The notes below the pieces were generated by a model that worked only from the letters and a program-made list of their open reading frames with translations, had not been told where the DNA came from and searched no databases. Positions 1-9,912 of a DNA stretch of 64,000 nucleotides are shown in pieces (within the stretch, counting starts at the first letter, position 1; every line of letters starts with the position of its first letter). The position numbers and the translations under genes were made by a program. The stretch is from Candidatus Poribacteria bacterium (lineage in GTDB: Bacteria > Poribacteria > WGA-4E > WGA-3G): assembly GCA_965198235.1 (NCBI GenBank), contig OZ240248.1:1760001-1824000 (forward strand), read 5' to 3'.

Positions 1-207
1 TCACCTCGATTTTGTCTCTGCATCCTCCGCCTCCATTTTGTCATGTTCAACAAACAGTGCGTCAGCAATTTCCGTAAGTGCCTCATCTGTCAAAGGCGGA
101 ATATCCAGCTGAGTTACCTGTTTTATGATTTCAGAGGCGAGCGCGTGTTTTTCTATCTCAGGAAGTTGGTTGAATGCTTCCAATATGTTTTGTGGGGTTG
201 CGTGCAT
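1..207 (-). CDS. Small acidic protein, probable type II antitoxin
   Basis: 68 aa with acidic C-terminus (PPLTDEALTEIADALF). Its 3' end overlaps an ATG (position 23, minus strand) reading MQRQNRG(D/E), the typical start of a PemK/MazF toxin running off the window. Confidence 0.55.
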   Translation of the reverse strand: MHATPQNILEAFNQLPEIEKHALASEIIKQVTQLDIPPLTDEALTEIADALFVEHDKMEAEDAETKSR

Positions 208-338
208 CCGGGACCTCGTGTAGCAAGAGTATAAAGTTTGTGTAAATTATACACGATGCCTTGACGAAATTCAAGGTTTTCTTTAGGGGTGTAAGGCTAT
301 TTAGTTTTCAATTTTTTCGCCTGTTTAACCTGTTTCCC

Positions 339-1163
339 TCACATGGTCAGTGTTACCTCATCCTGTTTCATAATCTCCTTAATATGACCATATCCGACAG
401 ATTCCACCAATTCTAATGTCTCTGGGGACAATCTATCCAGAATAGGCTCCGGAAAGTTATGCTTACCAGAGTATTGTGGGGCATATCGCAGGACGAGAAA
501 CCGGCGATCTCGATCCTTCGGCTTCCAGCGGAGTACACCGTGCGTTAGCAACTCCGAAATAATCACAATATCGCCCGCCTTTGGTGTAATACTGACGAAT
601 ACGGGATCCTCAAGTGGATCAATACCATCTTCTTCGTTAAGCGTCAGTAGTTGCTCTGGTCGCTTAAACTCGCTCTTATGTGAGCCCGGAATTACGATGA
701 GTCCGCCGTCGCCCGGATAGACATCCGTAAAATAGGGAAAACAGACAAAGTTATCGCAATAGATATGTCCGTTATCGACCTCGTAACGCGTGCTATACCA
801 TCCGTAATCGTCGCGAGCGCAGTGCAGTCCGCCCGGATTCACTTTCGCCCGCTCTCCCGCTTCCCACAAATCGTGCTTATCATGCTTCAACGAACCCCTG
901 GCAAACCGTGGCTGATTGTCCGTTAACTCTTTGATAATCGGCCATATTGCTTTGTGCACCGTTAAGCATTCAAGCGATTTATCGAAGGCGAACCCGTGCT
1001 GATGAAGCCCTTGTATCTCAAAACCCGGAGGCAACTCATCAGGAGGGGTTGTGATATATTGATCAACCGCTTCAGAAGCCTCCGCTAACGCATCGCCGGT
1101 AATAACATTTTCCAAATGAAGATATCCGGTTACATCAAACAGATAGCGTTGTTTCGGTGTCAT
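339..1163 (-). CDS. Phytanoyl-CoA dioxygenase (PhyH) family Fe/2OG enzyme, HxA variant
   Basis: MTPKQRYLFDVTGYLHLENV start, GGLIVIPGSHK, AGDIVIISELLTHG. Start moved to ATG 1163 because the longer ORF extension runs into the tandem repeat. Confidence 0.85.
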   Translation of the reverse strand: MTPKQRYLFDVTGYLHLENVITGDALAEASEAVDQYITTPPDELPPGFEIQGLHQHGFAFDKSLECLTVHKAIWPIIKELTDNQPRFARGSLKHDKHDLWEAGERAKVNPGGLHCARDDYGWYSTRYEVDNGHIYCDNFVCFPYFTDVYPGDGGLIVIPGSHKSEFKRPEQLLTLNEEDGIDPLEDPVFVSITPKAGDIVIISELLTHGVLRWKPKDRDRRFLVLRYAPQYSGKHNFPEPILDRLSPETLELVESVGYGHIKEIMKQDEVTLTM

Positions 1164-1179
1164 TTTTCTAATTTTCCTT

Positions 1180-1666
1180 TTTTTAATTTTCCTTGCGGTT
1201 CGTTTAGGGGGTTTGGTGGTTTTCACGTTCCTTTCCGTAGACCCGCTTTCCACTTCGTTCCAAGCTACGCGCTATTTTAACTGAAAGGAGCGCGAACCGA
1301 TTTCTAATTTTCCTTGCGGTTCGTTTAGATGGTTTGGTGATTTTCACGTTTCCTTTCCGTAGACCCGCTTTCCACTTCGTTCCAAGCTACGCGCTATTTT
1401 AAGTGAAAGGAGCGCGAACCGATTTCTAATTTTCCTTGCGGTTCGTTTAGATGGTTTGGTGATTTTCACGTTTCCTTTCCGTAGACCCGCTTTCCACTTC
1501 GTTCCAAGCTACGCGCTATTTTAAGTGAAAGGAGCGCGAACCGATTTCTAATTTTCCTTGCGGTTCGTTTAGATGGTTTGGTGATTTTCACGTTTCCTTT
1601 CCGTAGACCCGCTTTCCACTTCGTTCCAAGCTACGCGCTATTTTAAGTGAAAGGAGCGCGAACCGA
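1180..1666. repeat. Tandem array of four ~122-bp units
   Basis: Unit TTTCTAATTTTCCTTGCGGTTCGTTTAGATGG...AAAGGAGCGCGAACCGA starts at ~1180, 1301, 1423 and 1545. Copies 2-4 look identical, copy 1 is slightly diverged. No spacers. Confidence 0.95.
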
Positions 1667-1698
1667 GCGCGCTCCTACAAGTGACCGCTGACGGCTAT

Positions 1699-2586
1699 TT
1701 ATAATGCCATATCGAACTTCGTGCCGGTTACATTGCCTTTTACGTAAGCTTCACGGAAGAGCGTCTGGCGTTTGGGAGGCATTTCGTCAAGCAACGCTTG
1801 TGGAGGCTTTGAGAGACTCCATCGCTTATCCACAGAGTTGTAAGCGTTGAAAACCGCGACTCGGTCGGTGTCAGGGTTTTGCCACGGCTGCCCGCTATGC
1901 GTAATTGCCTCCGTAAAGATGATGACAGATCCAGCTGGGCAGGAATAGGTATCCCAAAACTTCCAGCCTTGTGTGTGGGCACCCTCTGGGGCAGTATAAG
2001 CCGCCTTGTGGCTCCCTGTAATGAACATTGTTCCGCCGTCACCTTTCTCCACGGGATTGAGTTCCCAGACGACGCGCGTCAAACCACTATAAGCCTGACC
2101 CGGAAGACACGAATACTGGTGACAATCTCCGGGCATCCGCAACATACCATTGCCGTTATGGGCATGGAACGTGAAAGGCGTTTCGTCCGTTGTAGAGCGC
2201 AACGCCGGAAAACTCATCTCCATGCGGAACCCGTAACAGGTATCTGAAGCAAGATAGGACGACGCGAGAAATTCGTTTCCGAATGCCACGATGACCGGAT
2301 GATCTGTCAGTTTTTCCAAAGGACCCCCGTAAGTCGAGCGGTGATGTTGCGGAATCGTTTCAGGTTCGCGCTTTAAGCGGTAACAGAAATCACGCATCTC
2401 CTTGATCTCCGATTCCGTTAACACGCCCGGCACCAAGAGCCATCCATTTTTGTCAAACAGATATTTCTGTTCCTGCGTTAAAGGAACAACCGCTTTACCA
2501 TCAGCGTTTGTTTGCGTAAGATCGGCAGGTACTGTCGCCAACGGACTGCCTAAGTCTTTGTTAAATTTACCTAATTGTTCCATCAT
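1699..2586 (-). CDS. PhyH family Fe/2OG enzyme, HxG variant
   Basis: LTQEQKYLFDKNGWLLVPGVL, GGTMFITGSHK, AGSVIIFTEAITHSG motifs. Confidence 0.85.
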   Translation of the reverse strand: MMEQLGKFNKDLGSPLATVPADLTQTNADGKAVVPLTQEQKYLFDKNGWLLVPGVLTESEIKEMRDFCYRLKREPETIPQHHRSTYGGPLEKLTDHPVIVAFGNEFLASSYLASDTCYGFRMEMSFPALRSTTDETPFTFHAHNGNGMLRMPGDCHQYSCLPGQAYSGLTRVVWELNPVEKGDGGTMFITGSHKAAYTAPEGAHTQGWKFWDTYSCPAGSVIIFTEAITHSGQPWQNPDTDRVAVFNAYNSVDKRWSLSKPPQALLDEMPPKRQTLFREAYVKGNVTGTKFDMAL

Positions 2587-2643
2587 AAATTCCTTCCTCT
2601 CTGACTATATTTAGCAACGGAGCATCGCTATGCCAATGGGAAA

Positions 2644-3627
2644 CTAATGAATACGTGCCCCCGTGAAATAGTCCGGGTTTGCTCCCATTTTTTCTAAAAG
2701 TGGCGCGGTGGCTGTGTCAAGATTCTCAATCACATCAGCGGACGGCGTGTATTCGACAACGTGCAGGTTTGCCGTCAGTTCATTTACATTTCGGGTGCCG
2801 ACGAGCATGCACGTGATGCCGGGTCGTGCCATCGCCCAAGCAATAGCAAGCCGACTCATCGGAATCTGTTCAGCTTCCGCGATTTCCCGGATAGCCTCCA
2901 GGGTCTCAAACATCTCTTGCTCGGCACCTTCTTCGCTGTGCGAAGCCTCTGCTCGGTCATCTCGAAAATGGCGAAATCGAGAATGCACCGGGGGTATTTC
3001 CTCTGCACTTTTGTACTGTCCCGTCAAAATTCCCTGTAACAGTGGCATATACCCTAAGATACCGACGTTATGCTCTCGGCACAGCGGAAGTAATTCAGGC
3101 TCTATTGCCCGTGACAATAGGTTATAGCAGAGTTGATTTACGGCAATAGAGGCACCTGTGTTCAGAGCCGCTGTGAGTTGTTCCACCCCGAAGTTGCTTA
3201 CGCCGATGGCACGGATAAGCCCGTCCTCCTGTAGGCGCGTTAACTCAGCCATGCTTTCTTCGATAGCAATCTCGTCGTCGGGCCAGTGAATCATGTAGAT
3301 GTCGACGTAATCTGTTTGCAATCGTTGGAGACTCGCTTCGCAGTGTTCACGTATCGTAGCGGGGTCGGGTCTGCTTATCTTCGTGCCGATGACAGCCTCG
3401 TGCCTTCTACCCTTCAGTGCGACGGCGAGTGCCTCTTCGCTTCGTCCGTTGTTATACCCCTCTGCCGTATCGAAAAAATTGATGCCAGCATCCAATGCCG
3501 CGTTGGCAACAGTGGTAACATCTGATTGCGCCTGTGGTCCCCAATAATCGCCACCACCGTATGACCAGCATCCAATGCCCATTGATGAGATTTCAATTCC
3601 AGATTTTCCGCAGGTTCGCATCTCCAT
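2644..3627 (-). CDS. Aldo/keto reductase
   Basis: GIGCW, GINFFDTAEGY, SLQRLQTDYVDIYMIHWP, IGVSNF motifs. GGAGG RBS. Confidence 0.95.
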   Translation of the reverse strand: MEMRTCGKSGIEISSMGIGCWSYGGGDYWGPQAQSDVTTVANAALDAGINFFDTAEGYNNGRSEEALAVALKGRRHEAVIGTKISRPDPATIREHCEASLQRLQTDYVDIYMIHWPDDEIAIEESMAELTRLQEDGLIRAIGVSNFGVEQLTAALNTGASIAVNQLCYNLLSRAIEPELLPLCREHNVGILGYMPLLQGILTGQYKSAEEIPPVHSRFRHFRDDRAEASHSEEGAEQEMFETLEAIREIAEAEQIPMSRLAIAWAMARPGITCMLVGTRNVNELTANLHVVEYTPSADVIENLDTATAPLLEKMGANPDYFTGARIH

Positions 3628-3761
3628 TTTTCAGCCTCCATGGTGTGTGAGCGGGTCGAAAAGACCTCGCATTGTTAAAAATCCTTTCATCATCCAGAGA
3701 CGGTTGGACTTAACCAAAAACCATCACGAAACGTAGTGGAGTGATGCCCAGGAGCACATAA

Positions 3762-4589
3762 TTAAGAAAAGAGTTCCGTAATCAACTGTGCATTCTGACC
3801 GATCTGATCGCCGAATTGTTGATACATACCGAGCAAAAGTGGATCAATCGGTTTGGTGTTTTCTAACGCGAATTTCACCTCTTCCCGAATTTGTTCTGGG
3901 CTTCCGATGGTCCTGCCTGCTGCGAGCACTTTGAAAATGAGGCACGGTTTATCTGTCCGTTGGATCGCTTTACACATTTCATCGCGATCCTCCCGCGCAT
4001 AGACTTCGCCCAGAGCCGCGTAGCCGAATTTCTCTCTGAACTTATCGGCACCACCGTGAAGGTTATAAAGTCCAGTCATATAGTAGTCTATATCCCAATC
4101 CTCATCTTCAGCGATATGCAGGAGTTTCGGATCATGAACGGACAGGCCAACGAGAGCCCCGGTATCACGAACCCGTTTGAGGATGTCCTGTAGGTGATCG
4201 AGCCTGTTTTCGCGTAAACACCTGTGACCAACACCACCACCGTGTGGTGCCATACCGAACGGGTCGTGCTTTGCTGCTTCAAAGACAGCGTCCGGTTCGT
4301 CATACCAAAGTCCGCCTGGACTGAGGCAGAACCAGTTCAATGTACCACCTTCATCTCGGTACCGCTGCAAGTCAGAGAGCGAGCGTTCCGTTAGGCTATT
4401 CTGCCAGCCATTAAGCCCAGCCTCCTCTGCCCGCTTGAGCGTTGCCACGACGCGTTCGGGTGTATGATATTCCTGCTGATGCTGTGAAAGAAGTTTGTTA
4501 AAGTGGGAATAGCCGTAAATCGGGTTATCCCCAATCACCAATTTACTGATCTGATGATTACAAAAAGAGACTTTTGGTAAGGTTGCCAC
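3762..4589 (-). CDS. Aldo/keto reductase-like protein
   Basis: ISKLVIGDNP N-terminus and KVLAAGR motif. Likely GTG start at 4589, 8 nt after GGAGG. Confidence 0.7.
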   Translation of the reverse strand: MATLPKVSFCNHQISKLVIGDNPIYGYSHFNKLLSQHQQEYHTPERVVATLKRAEEAGLNGWQNSLTERSLSDLQRYRDEGGTLNWFCLSPGGLWYDEPDAVFEAAKHDPFGMAPHGGGVGHRCLRENRLDHLQDILKRVRDTGALVGLSVHDPKLLHIAEDEDWDIDYYMTGLYNLHGGADKFREKFGYAALGEVYAREDRDEMCKAIQRTDKPCLIFKVLAAGRTIGSPEQIREEVKFALENTKPIDPLLLGMYQQFGDQIGQNAQLITELFS

Positions 4590-4630
4590 TGGTTTATCCT
4601 CCAAGCAAGAAACACGCTACAAAAATGTGC

Positions 4631-5701
4631 CTAACCGAACAGAAATCCTTCCGAAACAGATGTGTCAATTTCACGCACAAGATGCATCGTCAATTCCAAT
4701 GCTGCGGTGTAGTCATCAATGTTAATTATTGAAACATGGCTATGGATATAACGCGACGGCACGCCGAGCACAACCGATGGCACGCCTCTGCCGGATTGAT
4801 GGATTGCGCCACCATCCGTTCCACCGGATTGACGCACCCCAAGTTGATACGGTATTTCGTGTCGCTTTGCTGTCTCAATCACAAAATCTGCCAACTTCGG
4901 ATTGACAATCATTGAAGAATCGATTATCCGAATTTGTACACCGCCGCCGAGTTTCCCTTGTATCGCGCCGACGCTTAATCCGGGGGTATCATCAGCAGGG
5001 GGTCCCTCAAGTACTATTGCGAGATCGGGTTCCACACTTGCCGCCATCGTCTTCGCGCCTCGCAAACCGATTTCTTCCTGAACACTCCCCGCACCGATAA
5101 CGGTGTTCGGGTGTTCTTCAAGTTTCAAAAGTGCCTCAATTACAACCGAGACACCGACACGATTATCGAACGCTTTGGCAGAGAACAATTTGCTATTTTT
5201 CAACGGCATAAAAGGTCCGTAGGGTGCAATTGGACATCCCGGTAATACACCAAACTCCTCCATTGCTTGTTCTTCATTCTCCGCACCTATGTCAATAAAG
5301 AGGTCTTTCATATCTAAGACTTTATCGCGCGATCCTGAGAGCAAATGAGGGGGTGTAGAGCCGACGACTCCCGGCACTTTACCCAACTTCGTTGTGATTG
5401 TAACCCGTTGTGCTAAAAGTGTATGTGCCCACCATCCACCGAGAGGCAGAAACTTGACGAACCCGTTATCCGTGACGCTTTGCACAACAAAACCGATCTC
5501 GTCTAAGTGTGAATCCAGCAGAATTCGGGGCTGTTCAGCATTTCCAGGGCGCGTGCAGAAGATACTCCCTAATCTGTCCGTGCCGATTGGACCAACACCG
5601 GAAACAGCATCACGAAAAATCTCGCGTACTTCTGTTTCGTAACCGGGAATTCCATCTGCTTGAGTCAATGATTTGAGCAGTTCAATTGAAGTTTCAGCCA
5701 T
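4631..5701 (-). CDS. M42 family aminopeptidase
   Basis: GIPGYE, DSHLDEIG, KAFDNRVG, VQEEIGLRGA, GGTDGG and RYIHS motifs. Confidence 0.95.
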   Translation of the reverse strand: MAETSIELLKSLTQADGIPGYETEVREIFRDAVSGVGPIGTDRLGSIFCTRPGNAEQPRILLDSHLDEIGFVVQSVTDNGFVKFLPLGGWWAHTLLAQRVTITTKLGKVPGVVGSTPPHLLSGSRDKVLDMKDLFIDIGAENEEQAMEEFGVLPGCPIAPYGPFMPLKNSKLFSAKAFDNRVGVSVVIEALLKLEEHPNTVIGAGSVQEEIGLRGAKTMAASVEPDLAIVLEGPPADDTPGLSVGAIQGKLGGGVQIRIIDSSMIVNPKLADFVIETAKRHEIPYQLGVRQSGGTDGGAIHQSGRGVPSVVLGVPSRYIHSHVSIINIDDYTAALELTMHLVREIDTSVSEGFLFG

Positions 5702-6090
5702 CGTTGCATTCCTTTGATAATTGTGCTGTAATTTGTGAGCATTATAGCACGTCTCCGATTTTGTGCCAACTTTTAAGTGGTAGCATCCCAGAGCCATTCA
5801 GTTTCCGTGTAGGAGGGAACTCCGATTCCCAACTTCTTCTTCTGTAGGAGCGATCTCCGAATCGCGACTCCTTCTAATATAAGTTGCCAACTTCAAGTAA
5901 AAGCCCAACGGCGAAAGGTGTATAGAAAACGCTTTTAATTTGACACCAACCTGTTTAGTATGCTATATTAATCTTAATTGCCGCGGAGGCAAGCACACAA
6001 ATTACTGTCAGCAAAATCTGCGTTGATGTCCTCAGATGAACAGTTATGCATCAAAATTCACCAGAAGTTGATAGTCAAGGACAGGAGCCA

Positions 6091-6618
6091 ATGGCAAAAA
6101 CAAGCATACAAGATCCCAACTACGACTGGGCACAAAAACATATCGCTGACTTTGAAAGATATCTCGCGGAACAATGCCAGCCTTACTTTGAGGAAGTCGC
6201 TGCTGAAGACTCTTCTAAGTTTATGGCACCGATGTGGTGGAGTGTCGGATATGTTATCCTACGCGGCATGGCAGATAATCAATCCATTTCCGCTGACGAC
6301 ACTGATACGCTCATTGATAAATCTATGCTACTCTTGGAACTTTTAACCCATAGTCAACACCCTGTCTTTCATGAAATACGAAAAAGGTTCGTACTCCCGA
6401 TGGCACAAGCGTTGAATATTGACAAGGACAATGACGCTATCAACCAACATATCCTTAAGAGCATAGCATTCATTGCCTTCAGCCTCCAAGATGGAGAAAC
6501 CTTGACAGTTCCAGACTTAACCGGGCCTGACGGAATCATACTAAAAAGAGAAGGAGCTGCTAATGCATCGGCTGCCTCTACAGCACAAAACAAACAAATG
6601 CCGAGAGCCGCACCCTAG
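6091..6618 (+). CDS. Hypothetical protein
   Basis: Long ORF with AGGAG before ATG 6091 and a TTGACA/TATATT promoter-like sequence at ~5940-5969. Confidence 0.6.
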   Translation: MAKTSIQDPNYDWAQKHIADFERYLAEQCQPYFEEVAAEDSSKFMAPMWWSVGYVILRGMADNQSISADDTDTLIDKSMLLLELLTHSQHPVFHEIRKRFVLPMAQALNIDKDNDAINQHILKSIAFIAFSLQDGETLTVPDLTGPDGIILKREGAANASAASTAQNKQMPRAAP

Positions 6619-6873
6619 ATAGATTGTTAGATGATTGTCTTGCTTGTTGATAAAACCCGGTGAGAACATCCACAGCTCCGAAAAATATTTTGAAACAAAA
6701 GTTTTTGCTTTTCCTTAATTCGTTATCAGCGGCCAAACTCAAAAGAGGGTCTACAAGTATCCACGTTGAAAAAAGTCCATTATATACTGGTGCCATTGAA
6801 TTGGATTTTGAACCTCCAAATACCTATGCCGTAAGAGCGTACAGCGGCAATTGGATTCATTCATAAATGAGCA

Positions 6874-7962
6874 ATGCCAATGACAAAAACTATTGATAAA
6901 GTCCAAAAAACTACCGCCATTCCTAATGAAGAACGGCTCTGTCAATCTCTCTTGTTCATACTACTACTCTTCATCACCCTCTGTGCAACCGCTGCAGATT
7001 ATACAGACGACGCAATCCGAACCCTACTGCCTTTCGATGCAATCCCCGCTATCACTGATCCGCAGTTCGTATCAACCAACGACGCAAAATTAGACGCGGA
7101 TGCCCCCGTCATTGGCGTAACCTTCAACGACGAAAGCCATGCCTATTCACTTTACCTGCTGAACGGACACGAAATCGTCAACGACGTTGTCGGTGGACTG
7201 AAAATCGCCACGACGTGGTGACCGCTCTGCAAAACGGCTATCGTGTATAGTCGGGAACTTGATGGGAAGACCTATACGTTTGGCGTTAGCGGTAAATTGT
7301 GGCGGGACGCGCTGTTGATGTATGACCATCAGACGCGTTCCCTCTGGTCGCATATCACTGGAGAAGCGATACGGGGACCGCTCATAGGTAAGCAGTTGAA
7401 GCCACTCGCTTCCATGCCACAAATCGCCTGGAAAACATGGCAGTGGAACTACCCGAGAACACGTGTGCTGTCCGTGTTTACCAGAGGTGGGATGCGAGAG
7501 AACCGAAGTCAGGATGTCTACGCAGATTATCACGCCAGCCAGCGCGCAGGCGTGAGCGGGATGGAATACACCGATGATCGGTTACCCAATAAATCCCTCG
7601 TCATTGGCGTTCAAGTACTGACAAAGGATGGTAACACCGAGTTTCGGGCGTATCCGTTGACACATTTTATGGAAACTGCTGTTATCAACGATACGCTCGG
7701 CGAGGTGCCGCTGCTGATCTTTCACGATAAAACGTCCTTCGCAACGGCAGTCTTCAAGCGGAATGTGGCGGAGGACGCGCGAACCTTTACTCACCAAAAT
7801 AGATACTTTGTAGAGGACAACACCGGGACGCGTTGGAATCTCGTTACTGGTGAGGCGACATCGGGGAAGGATAAAGGGACGCGTTTAGAGCGACTGCCCG
7901 CTGTCAACATCTATTGGTTCGCATGGGCACGCTACCACCCTGAAACCTCTATCTACCGGTAA
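6874..7962 (+). CDS. DUF3179-family exported selenoprotein (UxxC)
   Basis: The two track ORFs 6874-7221 and 7243-7962 are in one frame and join as ...TTW-TGA(7219-7221)-PLCKTAIVYSR. DAIPAI, HEIVND, FGVSGKL, MYDHQTRSLWS and YWFAW motifs span both halves. Signal-peptide-like N-terminus. Start codon uncertain. Confidence 0.88.
7235..7253 (+). promoter_or_regulatory. Putative bacterial SECIS element
   Basis: CGGCTAT-cgtgt-ATAGTCG hairpin (7 bp, one G-U) starting 13 nt after the TGA. Confidence 0.7.
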
Positions 7963-8078
7963 CTATAGTAGAGTTTACAATTGGCGATGCAACCTCAATC
8001 GGCGCGCTTACAAAGCGCGCCTACCGGTAGATGTCTATATATTTTATATTCCACCATAATCTGGCAACCACAAAGACT

Positions 8079-8840
8079 CTAATTGTCTAATTCGACGGTT
8101 TCGCCTGTCATATTGCGGTGCATCGTCGGGCGAATGACTAACTCCGGGATGTTGCTCCGCTGCGGTAGCGTCGCGATCAGGAGAATCGCCGCTGAAGTCT
8201 CGTCGACACCTACCATCGTGGCGCGTGCAGCAGCGTCCGGTGGAATCGGACGTTTGTCCAGAATCGGCGTTGCCACCTCACCGGGGACAACGACGCTTGA
8301 TCGGATGCCTGTGTTCCGTAAATCGGCGTTGAGGAATTCGGTGAAATTGATAACCGCTGCCTTCGCCGCGCCGTAAGCAAAACCGCTGAACGGGCCCGGA
8401 GTGACCGCCGCGAGTGACGATATATTAATAATCGTCCCCGATTTCGCTTCCAGCATTGCCGGCACAACCGCTTTTGTACAGAAAAATGTACCGATTAGAT
8501 TGGAATCAATAACCGAACGCATCTCCTCGGGGGGCGTGTTGAGAAGTCGCCGATGCTGTGAACTGTGTCCAGCGTTGTTTACAAGCACATCAATCCGTCC
8601 GAACTTGTCAAGCACATCGGCAGCCATCTGTTCTATGGCATCGTAGTCAGCCACATCGAGCGCGTAGCTTACCGCTTTCCCGCCTGCTGCTTCAATTTCA
8701 GTTGTAACGGACACTAATTTCGATTCCGTTCTACCGATAATGACAATTGTCGCACCCTCTTGTGACATTGCGAGAGCAGCACCACGTCCGATACCGCTGC
8801 CACCACCCGTAATAATACAGACATTTTCTTTTAAACGCAT
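8079..8840 (-). CDS. SDR family oxidoreductase
   Basis: TGGGSGIG, NNAG and YGAAK motifs. Confidence 0.95.
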   Translation of the reverse strand: MRLKENVCIITGGGSGIGRGAALAMSQEGATIVIIGRTESKLVSVTTEIEAAGGKAVSYALDVADYDAIEQMAADVLDKFGRIDVLVNNAGHSSQHRRLLNTPPEEMRSVIDSNLIGTFFCTKAVVPAMLEAKSGTIINISSLAAVTPGPFSGFAYGAAKAAVINFTEFLNADLRNTGIRSSVVVPGEVATPILDKRPIPPDAAARATMVGVDETSAAILLIATLPQRSNIPELVIRPTMHRNMTGETVELDN

Positions 8841-9673
8841 TTTTCGCCTCCATTGGGTAAAACGGGTCTCACTGCCGCTTTCACCTCTTTTGATAATGAT
8901 TCTAACTCATACTGTGCATCCGAGATTTTATCGCGATATTCGTCAAGCGGGTATCCACCCTTTCCAGTCTCATTGAAATAAGCACTCAGTTGGTAGCGTT
9001 GGAAGATGTTCATACGCGGGTAATCCTCTGTCCACGGACTCGCATCGTGGAGCAGGTTCGTTGAGAAGATCGCCACATCACCTGCCTCCATTGGGAGTGT
9101 AATTGAGGTGGGTGGATCGTGCTTCACGGGTAGATTCTCCGGGGTCTGAAACAGAGATTTATGACTGCCGGGGACGAGACAAAAACCGGTTCCGGGTGGG
9201 ACATCCACGAGCGCAACCCACGTCGCAATGTGGCTGCAATAGATATGTCCAGCGGCGGCTTGGTAATCGTTGTGTGGATTGCGAAACCCCGGTGGGAATT
9301 TGAACCCGCTGTCGTCACGATGAAAGTGTTGCGGGGCATCGTGCTTTGTCATCATCGTGAAATTGCAATGAAACAGACGCGGCGCATTCATTGTCAACCC
9401 CGCCACAACTCTCATAATGTCAGGATTCATCGTAAGGTCTTCAAAGAGACGATGCCCATACTGGATATGTCCGATGTGTGTCTTGCAAGGTTCCTGTCGC
9501 CCGCGGTCAAGCGGCGGTGGGATGTCGGCTTCATCAATTGTCAACCACTGTTGAAACACCTTTAGCATCTCTTCAATTTCGTCTTTTGGGATAACGTTCC
9601 GTAAAACGAGAAATCCGTGTAAATCGAAATACCACTTTTCCTCTTCCGTCAAAGTGGAATGGATGGTATGCAT
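8831..9673 (-). CDS. PhyH family dioxygenase (canonical HxD)
   Basis: FDLHGFLVL, FHRD, LVPGSHK, AGDVAIFSTNLLH. Confidence 0.9.
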   Translation of the reverse strand: MHTIHSTLTEEEKWYFDLHGFLVLRNVIPKDEIEEMLKVFQQWLTIDEADIPPPLDRGRQEPCKTHIGHIQYGHRLFEDLTMNPDIMRVVAGLTMNAPRLFHCNFTMMTKHDAPQHFHRDDSGFKFPPGFRNPHNDYQAAAGHIYCSHIATWVALVDVPPGTGFCLVPGSHKSLFQTPENLPVKHDPPTSITLPMEAGDVAIFSTNLLHDASPWTEDYPRMNIFQRYQLSAYFNETGKGGYPLDEYRDKISDAQYELESLSKEVKAAVRPVLPNGGEKCV

Positions 9674-9844
9674 TAATTCTGCTCCACAGTTTTTATGAGT
9701 GTTGCGAATACAGATTAGCAGAATTCGGCAAAATTTTCAAGATTTCAGTTGATTTCGCATTTCACAGAGCCATTGAATTTCCGGTCTTCTATAAATTTTA
9801 TATCTCTTTGAGGAAAGCCAGAGTGGTTTGTGATTTCAAAAGAC

Positions 9845-9872
9845 TTGACAAAAATTTGAAAACGCCTATAAT
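9845..9872 (+). promoter_or_regulatory. Sigma70-type promoter
   Basis: TTGACA-16 nt-TATAAT upstream of the aldolase gene. Confidence 0.7.
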
Positions 9873-9912
9873 AGACATCATAATATGGTTGAGTTCCAAG
9901 GAGGTCCTCCCA

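Noticed and set aside
1180-1666. CRISPR array
   Set aside because: Units are near-identical over their full 122 bp with no unique spacers, and there are no cas genes.
5752-5770. Sigma54 promoter for the M42 peptidase
   Set aside because: TGGCAC is present on the minus strand but the -12 TTGC element is missing.
6660-6866. 68-aa ORF between the hypothetical gene and the DUF3179 gene
   Set aside because: No RBS or recognisable motif; may be a decayed remnant.
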